DNA of 63,955 nt, the filler included, from Octopus bimaculoides (lineage: Eukaryota): the NCBI RefSeq assembly GCF_001194135.2. It is 5 parts of 5 records of this genome, joined end to end, with 100 filler letters (N's around TTAATTAATTAA, not from the genome) between each part and the next. Parts side by side here need not be neighbours in the genome. Positions count along the whole stretch, not along the records: positions 1 to 23,731 come from NC_068996.1; 4 more parts are not named here. One strand, given 5' to 3'. A program made the position numbers and the translations under genes. The notes under the pieces were generated by a model. It made no database searches and had not been told where the DNA came from. It was given only the letters and a program-made list of their open reading frames with translations. Positions within the stretch are counted from its first letter, which is position 1, and the number at the start of each line of letters is the position of its first letter. This document shows, one piece after another, positions 1-13,962 of the stretch.

Positions 1-204
1 TGGCCGTTTTCGTGCGGGTGACACGTAAAAGCACCCACTACACTCTCTGAGTGGTTGGCGTTAGGAAGGGCATCCAGCTGTAGAAACTCTGCCAAATCAG
101 ACTGGAGCCTGGTGTTGCCATCCGGTTTCACCAGTCCTCAGTCAAATCGTCCAACCCATGCTAGCATGGAAAGCGGACGTTAAACGATGATGATGATGAT
201 GATG
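1..204 (+). mobile_element. 3' end of an RTE-like LINE or RTE-tailed SINE, (GAT)n tail
   Basis: ...gaagggcatccagctgtagaaac...ccaacccatgctagcatggaaagcggacgttaaac(gat)n; the motif recurs more than 10 times in the window and links to RTE ORF2 remnants at 28160-29045. Confidence 0.75.
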
Positions 205-734
205 ATATATATATATATATATGCATGTCTGTATATATATATATGTACGTATATATATACATGAATACACATATGGATATATGTGTATTTATGTGTGTAT
301 ATATATATATATATATGTTTATAGATTTACTGATATATTCATGTGTGTATATATCTATATATCTGTATATGTGTGTGTGTGAGAGAAAGTATGTATGTAT
401 GTACATATGCATGTATGTATGTTTGTAGGTGTGTATGTAACCAGGTATGTCTAACACGAGGCACATCTACAAACTTTTAGTGGTGTGGTGTTCCCCATCT
501 TACATTCCCCATCAAACTCTTACCCCTCCTATCCCTTCTAATGTTTCATTCCCTCTTTCTCTATTCCCCATTCCTCTTCTAGGTCACCTGGCTTATTGAG
601 TAATCTTAAACCTATCTCCTCTACTTAACTATCCATTTCTAGTTTCTCAGCAGTCATTATGCCCCCCCCCTTCTTGTTCCCCTCCTTGGTCTACATGCCT
701 TAAGTTACTGATTATTCTAGAGTAGGTGCCATGG

Positions 735-930
735 GAAAATACCCCCATAACATTCTTATAAAGTGGTTGTAAATAGTAAAGGCATCTGGCTGTAGGAACT
801 AAGCCAAATGGCACATATGAGCACTAGTCTTCAGGAGTAATAGTTTTCAATAAGATATTACTTGGATTCTAATGATCATCCAACCCATGCCAGCATGGAT
901 AATGGATGTAAAATGATGATGATGATGACA
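735..930 (+). mobile_element. Diverged RTE-type 3' tail
   Basis: aaaggcatctggctgtaggaac...ccaacccatgccagcatggataatggatgtaaaa(tga)n. Confidence 0.65.
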
Positions 931-1200
931 TGACGATGGTAGTGGTGGTGGTGGTGGCAGCGGCGGTGGGGATGGTGGTGGTGGTGGTGGTGGTTGTGGT
1001 GGTGGTCATGGTGATGATGATGATTACTGCATGATGATGACAGTGGTGGCGATGGTGATGGTGGAGGCAGTTATCATCATCATCATCATGGGTGTGGTGA
1101 TTATGATGGTACTGGTTTGGTGGCTGTGGTGGCAGTAATGGTTGTGGTGATGGTGGTGGTGATGATGATGTTGATGATGATAATGACAAGGATGATGGCA
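911..1200. repeat. Compound GAT/GGT/CAT trinucleotide microsatellite
   Basis: Degenerate (gat)n/(ggt)n tracts seeded from the retroposon tail; explains the low-complexity ORF 869-1231. Confidence 0.85.
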
Positions 1201-1527
1201 ATGAAATATTAATTAATCTTAGTCTTGCCATCTGAGGATCATAGATTTTTAAACTTTATCTTTCAGTGTCGTTCTTCATAGAGTCCACAATAGAGTTGGG
1301 TTACCCACAAGAAGAATACAGCATAAAATGAATGGATACTGTAGAACAGGTAATAGGCAAGTATTATTCGTTTATTGATTTAATTTAAATACATTTAGAT
1401 CTCACCATGGTTAACTTTACCTAAAATAAGGCACTAGACTTGTGCCAGGATTGATTTAATTGGCTGTTCTCTACCTCAAAATTTCTGGAAATGTGACTAT
1501 CTGAGAAATAATTTAAATAAAATTAAT

Positions 1528-1670
1528 GTTTGGCATTAAGAAGGGCATCCACCTGTGGAGACCATGCCAAAACGGACATGAAACCTAGGCAGTTCTTCAG
1601 CTTGTCAGTTCCTACTAAACTGTCCAACCCATGTCAGCATGGAAAATGGACGTTAAATGATGATGATGAT
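1528..1670 (+). mobile_element. RTE-type 3' tail
   Basis: ttggcattaagaagggcatcc...tgtccaacccatgtcagcatggaaaatggacgttaaa(tga)n. Confidence 0.7.
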
Positions 1671-2329
1671 GTTTTAATGAGATGGATGATTTTGGTTCTT
1701 TCTTATAAATGCCTCACTTCTTGACAGGGTTTCAGAATGACACACCATCATATCATTCTCAGTTGATAGTTTTAGGAGAAATTTGATTTTGAATGTAAAT
1801 ATTGCTGAAAACCCTTGTTCCTGATGATTAGTGGATGGAAACAATAAAAAGGATCCTCCTACCCTCACCACATTTTTTTAGACACACAAATTGTATTTCC
1901 TTGATTGTGGTTGCTTCAGATTTCCACTGCATACCACAGAGGTACTAGTATCCTGGTACTAGTTGCAGTCTGACACTAATAGTGTAAAATATACTTCATT
2001 AAAGAAGTTTGACAAGACTGAAATATCCAATATTTTCACCAGTTAGTATTAAAGATTAAATCCACTCTCATTCTGCAATATTTGTTTTCAAAAAATTTGT
2101 ATTAGAAATTTTGGAGTTACCCCCCTTGAACAGCTGTACAGAAAACTTTAATCTACTAATTGCATGGGTAATTCCAGTTGATTGAAGTTTTTCAAATCAA
2201 TGTATTACACGTATGAGTCCTTATCGAATTTGTATTTAATATTTAGAATGCTGTTTTACAGTATTTTCCCTTAGCCATATTGCATGTATGAAAGAGACGA
2301 AGATCATTTCCACACTGCTTGTAACTGGC

Positions 2330-2420
2330 GCTATTAACTGTAGCCAATCAGCAATCAGCCCGAGATTTATGACGTAATTGATGAACGAACGACTAGGAAA
2401 GCATGGCGATTGCCTTACAG
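2330..2420 (+). promoter_or_regulatory. Candidate Pol II promoter motif cluster
   Basis: AGCCAATCAG(CAATCAG) CCAAT-box-like at ~2342, ATGACGTAAT CRE/ATF-like at ~2369, AAGCATGGCG YY1-like at ~2399; locally CpG-richer non-repeat sequence ending at a GTAAGT donor (2631). Confidence 0.3.
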
Positions 2421-2550
2421 TTAGTGCAACTGGATCACCGTTACTGTACGACTGATTTTATGTCGCAGAAACAGTTTGGATTACTAATTACCACTTTACA
2501 GTATCAAAAGTGGATCTCACAATAGTTTGATATCTCCAAAGCAAATAGTT

Positions 2551-2630
2551 ATGAGTTACGGCAGGCGAAACATGCTGCCAAAGTCAACTAGCACCTTGTC
2601 TAATACATCTACAGGAGCTAGCACTGACAA
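2551..2630 (+). CDS. Candidate first coding exon of an unidentified gene (MSYGRRNMLPKSTSTLSNTSTGASTD)
   Basis: ATG at 2551 open to consensus donor CAA|gtaagt (phase 2); no homology recognised. Confidence 0.25.
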
Positions 2631-2652
2631 GTAAGTTAAATATTCATACATA

Positions 2653-2725
<73 letters not shown>

Positions 2726-4240
2726 TCATCTTTGTTTTGTATACTTATAATATTTTTTATACATTTGAGGATGCAATGGGACACAAGCTAAAATACTTCT
2801 TCTTTCACTCATTCTTCAAATAAATGCATGCATGCTTGTATACATATATACACACAGACACTCATACAAACATACAGACACTCATACATACAGCATACAC
2901 AACACTGATTTGTGTGTGTTTAATTATTTATATTCATATATCAGCGAACAACATTGTAAGAAAGTGTTTCCAGGTATTGCTGTAGCCTGTTGATTCTTTA
3001 TGAGTTGTTTTCATTACTCTTAGCGTGCATTTTAGGTAAATTTGGTCTGCTATTTCTTATAGGACAAGCGACCTCGTTGGTTTAGTGCATTTGTTTTTGT
3101 TGATGTTCTTATAAAAAGACTATTCGCATGAATGCATATGATAAATATTTTAAATTAGACAACAGCCTCTCATAGAGTGTTACAGGTAATTTACGATAAA
3201 ATAAAAATTAAAAAAAATTAAAAGGTGCATTTTAGAAAGTGGAATTTATGACCGACCGTTTCTTGTATTCAGTATACAAGTTGGTTAAATCAATTAACAA
3301 GTGAATGTCAAATGAAAATATTTACTCATCCGCACAACCACTACCAACACCGTTTCAATTTATTTTTATTTTGTTTTTCACTGATTCCATTTACTCCCTG
3401 TCTTTGAAATATTTAAAGAAATTATTATAAGCACTGTTTTTTTTCCTTTCTTCATTTTGTATTTTTATGACTTCAACTTCTGATAATTCTTTTTTTTTTA
3501 ATCTGCAATCAGCGGTAATTTTTATATTAAATTACTATCCCCCGCCCAGGAACTTACTGTAATTCTATAGTTATATTCACAACAATCTAATGTTTATCCT
3601 TAAAATATTTTTAAATAGTAATTTAGCACATGATATATATATATATATATATATANNNNNNNNNNNNNNNNNNNNNNNNNNNNNNNNNNNNNNNNNNNNN
3701 NNNNNNNNNNNNNNNNNNNNNNNNNNNNNNNNNNNNNNNNNNNNNNNNNNNNNNNNNNNNNNNNNNNNNNNNNNNNNNNNNNNNNNNNNNNNNNNNNNNN
3801 NNNNNNNNNNNNNNNNNNNNNNNNNNNNNNNNNNNNNNNNNNNNNNNNNNNNNNNNNNNNNNNNNNNNNNNNNNNNNNNNNNNNNNNNNNNNNNNNNNNN
3901 NNNNNNNNNNNNNNNNNNNNNNNNNNNNNNNNNNNNNNNNNNNNNNNNNNNNNNNNNNNNNNNNNNNNNNNNNNNNNNNNNNNNNNNNNNNNNNNNNNNN
4001 NNNNNNNNNNNNNNNNNNNNNNNNNNNNNNNNNNNNNNNNNNNNNNNNNNNNNNNNNNNNNNNNNNNNNNNNNNNNNNNNNNNNNNNNNNNNNNNNNNNN
4101 NNNNNNNNNNNNNNNNNNNNNNNNNNNNNNNNNNNNNNNNNNNNNNNNNNNNNNNNNNNNNNNNNNNNNNNATATGGGAGAATATACAAATAATAACAAC
4201 AGACGAGGACAGGTGGTGTAAATAACAAAAGGATATATTA

Positions 4241-4279
<39 letters not shown>

Positions 4280-4811
4280 CAATGACAGTTATATATATAC
4301 ATCCTTGTCATTGATTTAATTTGGATTGCTTCTCTTTAGAAGCAAATCACAGCACTAATTTAAATAATTATGTACATACATATATCAATTAATTTATAAT
4401 TTTGTTTGCTTTCAATTTACGATTCGTGTAGCGATTATTCAATATGTTAGTTTACATGATATTCCTGCCATTTTCTATGATGATGATGATGCATATTGTT
4501 ATTTAATATTTTATTTTATGAACAGTTAAATATATATCGAATCCCAGCCTCTCTCTTTCTCTTTCTCTCTCTCTCTCCTCCTTTATTATCGTAATATGTA
4601 CTTGTTTTGTGATTTGTGTGTGTGTGTATGTATGTATATATATATATATATATATTTATTTATTTATTTATTTATTTATGTGTTTCAGCCAAGTGGCTGC
4701 GGTCATGCTGGTGCACCACTTATTTATATAGTTATCCCGCAGTTTCAACATGTGTATTCAAGCACATGTAATTTTCTTTCTCTCCCCTACATATATTTAC
4801 ATGAACGGGCA

Positions 4812-4843
<32 letters not shown>

Positions 4844-5978
4844 TCACACACACGATACACTAATTTCATACTATCTACTTTTCTTTTTCTGTTTATATTC
4901 TTGCGTCTACCTTCCTCGTTCGCGCGCGCGCGCACACAAAGACACACACTCTCTTTCTCTTACTCTGTCTCATGTGACAACTTGCGGGATGGTTTGTCAC
5001 CAAATATTTATTTCGGTTTCGTGTTCAACATTCGACAGTAAACAAGTGCTGATATGTTTTTTAATTCGTCTAATTAAAACAACCCCCCAATACTGTCTTC
5101 CCTTCACTTTGCCATCGTAAATATTTGTATTAAAGTGATTTAAAATTGGGGAGGGGACGCGAATAACGAAGCAGCTATAAACATCACACCTATAATCACT
5201 AAGGACAACAGCATAGCAATAGTAGCCAAATGTTCCTCTTATCGCACAATGCCATCTTTAGAGAAAGAGAGAGACTTTAGATAATGTATTCCTAGATATA
5301 CCTTAAAAAAATGGGATGGTATCAACTGGAATCTTTTTGATCATTGATTTGATCAATCAGAGTTTAGCAATAGTACCATAACTACCATATCAACACAAAC
5401 ATCACATCACAATATGGTACCATTATAATACGACATAAACCAAAAAATGCCATGTCACACACACACACACACACACACTGTGTGTGTGTGTGTGAAAAGA
5501 CAGGGAGTCTTATATAACGTAAATATTTATAAATGTATATATATCAGTGTTATAGGGAGTGATGCGCTAGGGAAGAAAATGAGGTGTTGATTCAGTTGAC
5601 TACTTCTGTACGGATGTGTGACCTTGCTCTAATATAAATAAATCATTATGATTACTTTGCAGAGGTTGGTGGGAGGAGAACGAGTGGAGTACTCGAACCT
5701 GTCTCTCCCCTAACGGCCTTGTGTCTCTCGACCTTTCACCCCTTGTAATCCCTCAACACACTCTTCTTTTTTTATTATGCATTTTGTCCTTGTACTGTCC
5801 CCAAACGTCTTGGGCCCGTGTGGTCAGTAAAAGAATTCGTTATTATTTCATCCTTCTGTGGTCAATACATTAGAATAACTCGTCAAATACTGTGTTTGAT
5901 TTAATCGTCTAACCCCTCTCTTGTAAAAAAAAATCTAGCGATGTGCCTAAATTAGATTTAAAAAAAAAAGAATTTTTC

Positions 5979-6165
5979 GAGCGGTATTTCGTCCGTCTTT
6001 ACGTTGTGAGTTCAAATTCTGCCGAGGTTGAATTTGCCTTTCGTCCTTTCGAGCTCGATAAAATAAGTACCAGTTGCGTTCTGGGGTTAATGTACTCGAC
6101 TAGCCTCTCTCCTAAAATTTCAAAGCTATTCTTGCTTATAGCAGAAATTATCATCATCATCATTA
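5979..6165 (+). mobile_element. SINE family C (gcggtatttcg...gagttcaaat...aagtaccag; ATT/ATC tail)
   Basis: B-box-like GAGTTCAAAT; similar to copies at 23216, 32515 and 49025. Confidence 0.7.
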
Positions 6166-6810
6166 TTGAACGGGCAAATGCGCTCTACTTCCTTCCATAC
6201 CATCATAACATACACCTCATGTAAAGAAAAAAAAAATCATTGCCATGCACTTTAAAATAAACAGTGTAGGGCCTCGCATATTTACTCTGAAATATATATG
6301 GGTCGATTGCTGACGACACAACACAGTTCATTCTCCGCTATTAATACACATCGTTATAAACCTGTGTGTGTATGTGTGTGTGTGTGTGTGTACATATGTA
6401 CGTTCATACAATCACACCTTGTTCTTTACTGCTACACCAGAGGAATGGAAGGTGATGTGAATCCAGCTGGATTTGAACATAGAATACAAATTGTTAAAGA
6501 GTTTTTTTTGTATTGTTCAGCCCCCACCCCCAGGTGATAATGATCAAGCAGTCAGGCTTATAATCAAAGGTATTCCAGTTATGAATGTCCACCATGATAC
6601 TGTATCGGGATTTCATTGTCTAAATTTACCCGTCTTATTTAAAAGATGATACGGTGGTGTGGATGCTATTTCTAGCAGATCGAACCACCGCGTTCTAGTT
6701 GCTGCTCTCATTAAATTAAGGACATACGTACTTAAATCTAAACATCGTAAACATACATCATGCATTTTCATTCGCACTACATAGTGTGTGTGATACATGT
6801 ATGTATGCAT

Positions 6811-6866
<56 letters not shown>

Positions 6867-7599
6867 TGACATGTATGTGTGTGTATGTATTCTTTTATAC
6901 GTTTCAGCTATTCGGCTGCTGTCATGCTGGAGCATCAGCATAAATGAATGAATGTATGTATTTGTATATATGGATATATGTATTTATTATGTATATATGT
7001 ATGTTATATATATATATATAGGTGTGTGTATGTGTGTATCTGTAATTATATATGTGCGTGCACGTGTGTATGTATAATTATATCTATATACATATTTAAC
7101 TATCTGTAATTACATATAAGTGTAAATATGTGTGTTGGTGCATATGTGTATGTGCATAATTATATTTATGCATATATATATGTATGTATATTTATATGAA
7201 CCGTTGTATCAAAATGGGCATACATATGTAGAAGTGTGCGTTTGTGTGTGTATTTTATATTATACATTCACTGTACCTTGAGGGTATGTCTTGACGCATC
7301 ACCACCAACATTTCCCTGTCTCTCTTTCTCTCTCTGCTTCTGTCTATCTTTCTCTCCATCCCCCCCACTCTCTCTCTCTCTCTCCCTCTCTCTCTATCCC
7401 TCTCTCACTTTCTGCCTCTCTGTCACCGTTTTTTTCGCACTGAGGTAGCCATGTACCTCCTGAATAGCAAGACACATATCTCTATCTCTCTATTATACTT
7501 TAATCTCTCATCGACTGGAAACAAAGCCTCTTCTCTCAATACTACTCCCCATCTTAGTAACTTGCAAGACAAAGACCCCTCCTCGGTGTCGTTATCTTG

Positions 7600-7795
7600 C
7601 AAGTTGCTTGGTGACCCTGCTGGTGCTGGTGCCACATAAAAAGCACCCAGTGTACTCTGTAAAGTGTTTGGCATTATAAAGGGGCATCCAGCTGTAGAAA
7701 CCATGCCAAGCAGAGCTTGGCATAGCCTTCTGGTTTATTAGTTCCTGTCAAACCATACTATTTTATGTCAACATGGAAAACGGATGTTAAATGAA
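7600..7795 (+). mobile_element. RTE-type 3' tail
   Basis: ggtgccacataaaaagcaccc...ggggcatccagctgtagaaacc...catggaaaacggatgttaaatga. Confidence 0.7.
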
Positions 7796-7845
7796 TTTAT
7801 ATATACATATATGTATGTAGATATCTATCTATCTGTCTGTCTATC

Positions 7846-7907
<62 letters not shown>

Positions 7908-9036
7908 GCATGTATGTATATAAAAACAAAGACCAGAATATGTGGCACCGTTTTTAATGCTGTGTACACGTTTCATTACAAGAAGAAAAATAAGTTTTGT
8001 GAATATAAATATTAATAATAATAATGATAATAATATAAATATAATAAAATCTTAATAGATACATATACCATACGCGTATAAATATGTAGAACATTCCCCA
8101 TCTGTAAATCTTCAGATAGACACAGCTTGACTTGTAATCCCTTCTATACACCGTGTGTGTGTGTGTGTGTTGTGTATATAGTGTGTGTTGTGTATATAGT
8201 GTGTGTACACACACACTTTCTGTTCCCTTCTCTATGCTTGCATGGGTTTGATGGGCATTAGCTTTCACTATTTCTGTCCATGTCTGCCTTAGATATTCTG
8301 GCAAATCTTTATCTGCTATCATCCAAACACATTATTTTCTCTCTATATCAATATAATCTCTCTTGCACACTACATCTAATTCCTTTTTATGCTCAGCAGT
8401 ACAAACTAACATTACACATCTAGCTTTGTTCCTCTCTAGCCTTTGTGCATTCTTTGCGCTCAGTGGTGGATGTTAATTGATAATGATGAATTACATATAT
8501 GTATTTGTGTGCAACTGTGATGGTGCATGGTCACTGGCCTTGAATACTGAAGACTTGCAACGACTAGAAAGAAATGAAATTAGCATGTTCTGGATGTGCA
8601 ATATTAGTGTGCATGAATAGCAGAGTATAAATGAACTGAAAGAAAACCTGCGTATAAGAGGAATCAGGTGTAGTATACATGAGAGGAGGCTTTGTTAATA
8701 TGGATGTGGGATATGTATGGAAGATGACTACCTTATCACTCTATCACCTTACATCTTTCCCCTCACTTTGCATCCTCACCTTGCCATCACATCTCCTTTG
8801 TTATTTTCATCTGATTGTACTACCAACCAGTACAATCTTTCCTGGGTTACCTCTGTTGCCACCCAACAACTTGTCATGCCTTTATCTTGTAATCTATCCC
8901 TACATCTCTAGGATGCTCTTTAGCATTTCTTTCTCTCACTGCATGCTTTGTATCCACCTCTTCCCCTGTTTTACATGCACACACACACACACACGTGTGT
9001 GTGTGTGTATAGATATATATATGTTCATATGTAAAT

Positions 9037-9064
<28 letters not shown>

Positions 9065-9067
<3 letters not shown>

Positions 9068-9480
9068 TGCTGCCTCATTCATATGCATCACATGTCCAAA
9101 CCAATGTAGAGTTCTCTCTCACATTCTCTTATGCCCAGATTTTCTCTCAACCTATTTGCACTTGTCATACATGCATACTGATGTTGGACATCCAACAGAG
9201 CATACTAGCTTCATTTCCTCTTCAGTCTCTGCATGTTGTCAGCATCCAGGGCTCATGTCTCACCACTTTGGAGCATAGCTGTTTGTACACAAGCATCATA
9301 CAATCAGCCTTTCACTCTGAAAGAGAAAGTTCTTTTGCTGCCAACAGAGGTAGCAGCTCTCTGAACTTCCTATTCTTATTCTAGCAACAGTACTTTCAGA
9401 TCATCCTCCATCACTGCTAATCTGGTCACCTCGGTACCAGAAACTATTTACAACCTCAAGAAAGCCGTCTGAACATTTGA
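9065..9480 (-). mobile_element. Degenerate RTE-clade LINE ORF2 fragment (RT C-terminal region)
   Basis: Minus-strand translation with frameshifts and stops: LEVVNSFWYRGDQISSDGG*SESTVARIRIG...RTLHWFGHVMHM, matching the RTE Y-L-G and R-L-R-W-Y/F-G-H-V motifs. Confidence 0.7.
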
Positions 9481-9859
9481 TAGAGTCCTTAGTGCTTATT
9501 GTTTCTGTGTATACCTTGTCGCCCCTCCCTTCCCATGTACCTATGTTTCACCACTCACTTGCTTTGTACTGTCATGAATTCCCTGCTCACACACCCTGGG
9601 CATTTCTCTACCATTTTATCTCCTTGTTCCTTGAGAGTATGTCCTGGAGCATCGCCATCATCTCTCTCACTATCTCTTACTCTTTGTTACTCTCACTCGC
9701 ACTCTCTTTCTCTCTGACTCTCTCCCTTTGACTGGGGTAACCATGCATCTCCTCCACAGCATGACACTTGTTTCTGTCCCTCTATTCATACTCAAACCTC
9801 TCATCACCTGGTACAAAGACACCTCCCTCAGTATCACTCCTCACACTCAAGGGATCTTG

Positions 9860-10052
9860 CAAGTAACTTGGTAACCTCACCAATGCTGGTGCTACATAAA
9901 ATACACCCAAGCCCCTCTATAAGGTGGTGGTTGGCATTCAGCCATAAAAACTACACTAAAGCAGACAGTAGAGCTTAATAGCTTTCTGAGTTACTAGCTC
10001 CTGTCAAACCATCCAACCAATGCCAGCATGGAAGGTAGACATTAAATGATGA
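9860..10052 (+). mobile_element. RTE-type 3' tail
   Basis: ggtgctacataaaatacaccc...ccatccaaccaatgccagcatggaaggtagacattaaatgatga. Confidence 0.65.
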
Positions 10053-12931
10053 TTTATTTATATATATATATATATATAAGGCATACTGTGTACAATTTCT
10101 ACTCCCTCCTTTTCTGCATATTGAACATGGCCATTTCTTTAATGGTATTAGAACCCTGTTATATTTCCTTACACAGTTATTATGCATGTATCATACCGGT
10201 TAAAATAAGGAAGTGATGAAATCTAATTTATTTACTATAGAAAGAATATAGAATATCAGATGAATTAAGAAGTATGTTAGAGAAGAAGGAAACCCTCTGA
10301 GCACAATCATTTGACATGCTAAAAGTACTGTAGAATCATAGCCTTGTTGTCTAACAGTAAGAACTACTCATTCCATAATGTAGTCCTAGATACACTATGT
10401 CTGATGGAGAGAAGGTTGGAATGTTGGAGAAAGCATCTGAGGATATTAAGTTATACGTGTATATGAGGGGGAGAAAGAGAGAGAGAGAGAGAGAAAGAAA
10501 GAGAGAGAGTGAAGATAGAGTATAGAAAAATAAAAAGAAAGAGTAAAAAAATTATTGTGAATAGAATAGGAAAGTAAGGGAAATTAATAGAAACACACAT
10601 AACATCAATATCATCATCATTTTACCTTCATTTTCTATGTTGTACTAATCTTGCTTTAGTGTCCCAGTTTTGTTATCATTTCTATGATTAGATGTCCTTC
10701 CTAATATCTATCAATTTATAAAGTATACTAGAGCACTTATTCATGACACTAACACTAGTGAGCTTTTCTTCACCAACCATTTACATAGTGAACTAGAAGC
10801 TTTCTTTTGTGGCACCAGCATTATGGGGGGCGGAGGGGGAAGGTTTACTTTATAACTTGCATGATGAAGGAGAGCCTCCACAACCGAAAGAGTAGAAGTA
10901 TAATGAAAAAAACAGATTTATTGTTGTGAGAGGATGGTAGTGGAGGGAAATATGAGAGTTGGGTGGAGGGGATAATATAGGAGACAGGTGAGAGTTAATG
11001 AAGAGTAATGTTTGGAGTAAGTGTGAAAGAGAGAGGTAATTAAAGGTAAGAGTGATGGGATTGGTCAAGTAGTAGGTATCTATCTAGTGTTCCCCCATAT
11101 TTATATGTGTGTGTGTGTTTTTTGTAAGTGCCAATGCATGAAACTCTTGGACTTTGAATTACTCTGTTGCTTCTGCTAAATATTATTAAAAATATACATA
11201 CACTCATATTTTGAGTTCTATTTTTCCATTGCCCCATTCCCCCCCCCCCNNNNNNNNNNNNNNNNNNNNNNNNCCCCCCACAATCATCATTACATTATGT
11301 CTGCTTTCTATGCATGCATGGATCGAATGGTTTGTCAGGATCTAAGTCAGTTCTTATTGGAGTTGGACAGATTTCTTTGTTGGGAGGGGACTTACAAAGA
11401 TAGTGCTCAGAAAGAGGATAATAGGAGGGAAAGCGAAAAAGTAGCATCTAGGGTTAGGGAGAGAGATTCAGAGAATGATAAAGTTGGTGAAGTGGGTTGA
11501 ATAGGAGAGGCAGTATTACCCTATGTTATATATGGGTAAGTAGACTGGTGCATGAAGTTGATGAGGAGGAACTGGATAATATCCTCAAGGTGACATGTCC
11601 AAATGAATATGGTGCCAGAAGATTTGGTTGAGGGTAAATCCTTTCTCTCAACTCAAGCATCATGATCCAGAAAGATGAAAGAAGTTGAAGCAGCAAGATG
11701 TGAATGTAGGATGAGGGGTATGCCCAATATGCACAGGTGACATGGTGCAATGAGTAAGAGAAGGGAAAGTGAAGAGAAGAGAGATTATAGGTGATTGCAT
11801 GTATGGCCCTAGTATTTTACTGAGTGTTTCATGAATCTTGTATGGGAGTTGGATCTTCTGCAACACTGTATCTCACTAGTCAACTCTGTCATCTCCTTCG
11901 TCATATCTAACATCTTGAGATTACTTTTCACTTCAGTTTCCTTTAATATCTTCTGTCCATTTCACATGCTCGTACCATTTCTGTCTCCTCTGATACCTAT
12001 TTACAAAGTAAGGGATTTTTCTTTAATTTATAGGTGATAGAGTGACTGGTCATAATGTCAACAATGAATGTCAACCTCATTACTGTTTTGCTCAAACTGT
12101 GACAAGTGTAGAATATTAACATTCATGCAAATTAGCTTCCATACATGTGCACATATATGATGAATTTCCTACAGTTTCCACCAACCCTCACCTGTTTCCA
12201 TGTAAAATAATATTTCTCATAGTCCTTCAAAGAAGTGCAACCAAATCACAGGACATGTGTACACTGAAGATTGTAGACAAATTACACTATTTAGTATATA
12301 GTCCTCCATGAGAGCATGTTTGATACCACCATCATTTTAATGCTCACTTTTCCATACTTGCATGAATCAGACCGAATTTATTAAAGCAGATTCCCTATGA
12401 CAGGATGCTCTTCCTGTTGCTTGATGCCTTACCTGTATCTAAGCTAGGTTATATTTCCCTATGACCTGATATGTTTTCGCAGAATACTGTATATGAATGG
12501 CATTCATTTAAAATAATCACTTGATGTCAAGACAAGAGACACACATATTTACACACATACACACACACACACTTCTTTCAATTTCCATCTGTCAAATCTA
12601 CTCACAAATATATAAATATGTATGTATGAGTGTGTGCATGTGTGTGTACATATACAAATATATATCTGTGTGTGTATACACACACACATAAATTGTAATC
12701 AGTACTAAACCTATGCTACATTGATATCTTCATCTTTTTTCTTGTCTTTTATATATTTCACACTACAAAATTTGTACACTCCAGTTATACCAATGATAAG
12801 CACCAAGAGTTCCTGCACCAGTTAGACTTCCATAAATACCAGGTTTAATATGAGAATACTTCAGGAGTTAGTACTGATTGTTGCAAAAGGAATACACCAG
12901 GTTTTGCCAAACCTGAACTTACATTACATCA

Positions 12932-12965
<34 letters not shown>

Positions 12966-13120
12966 TGATGTAATATAAGTTTGGGTTGGGCAGTTTTTAC
13001 ACATAAGAGAGAACTTTTTCTCCAGGTACCTGAAGAAGTTGAAATATGTCACAAACATATTTTAAGTAACTTATGCCAAAACACTGTTTGTCGTTGATAC
13101 TGCTGGATGTATGTATGTAT

Positions 13121-13443
13121 GGTGAAGGCGCATGGCTCAGTGGTTAGAGCAGCGAGCTTACGATCATGAGGTTGTGAGTTTAATTCCTGGACTGGGCTGC
13201 ATGTTGTGTTCTTGAGCAAGACACTTTATTTCAAATTGAACTCAGCTGTAGAAATGAGCTGCGACGTCACTGGTGCCAAGTTGTATCGGCCTTTGCCTTT
13301 CCCTTGGATAACACTGGTGGCACGGAGAGGGCAGGCATGGGCGACTGCTGGTCTTCCGTAAAAACAACCTTGCCTGGACTTGTGCCTGGGAGGGTAACTT
13401 TCTAGGTGCAATCCCATGGTCAGTCATGCCCAAAGGGGGTCTC
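13121..13443 (+). mobile_element. tRNA-derived SINE family B, near full length
   Basis: A-box TGGCTCAGTGG, B-box-like GAGTTTAATTCC, cttgagcaagacactt core; homologous to 21804-22130. Confidence 0.8.
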
Positions 13444-13777
13444 AGCATGTATGAATGTATGTATGTATATATAAATGTAAACAAACAGGGTGTGCGCTGT
13501 GCTACATGGATTATCAAGGGTTGAACAGAGAGAACACAACAAAGAGAAAAAGTTAGATGAAAGCAGAGCAAACAAGAAACTGGATGAAAACTTAACGGAC
13601 AGGGAATATAAACAGACACGACACAAGGAATATTTGCAGCTGAGTTTTCCTCGACAGTCAATGAACCAAAATATCATCGTGGTTTCGCACCATTATCATT
13701 GAGACCACTCAATCCTGGAGGTACCAGTGCTGTTTATTAAGCTAATGGGAAAAGCTAGTGAATGTATACTGAGACAG

Positions 13778-13811
<34 letters not shown>

Positions 13812-13962
13812 ATAATGTGGTTATGGGGTTGCTTCTCAGTCACATATGGTTCTAGACCCTATCTCACTGTGTGACATCTTGGGCAAGTCTCTTCTGCCTT
13901 CAGACTGACCAAAATGGATATACACACACACACACATATATATATATATATGTATACATAGT

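Noticed and set aside
869-1231. His/Thr/Pro-rich ORF
   Set aside because: Translation of a compound trinucleotide microsatellite grown from a retroposon tail; no splice or domain support.
3590-4228. Long ORFs of 190-360 aa here and at 41814, 43483, 56310 and 61152
   Set aside because: Composed of X from N gaps plus microsatellite translations.
5456-5494. (CA)n-(TG)n perfect hairpins, also at 8978-9008
   Set aside because: Simple microsatellite juxtapositions, expected at this repeat density.
13121-13200. tRNA-like A/B boxes here and at 39417 and 47494 as tRNA genes
   Set aside because: They continue into multi-copy SINE bodies and lack a complete cloverleaf acceptor stem; these are SINE heads.
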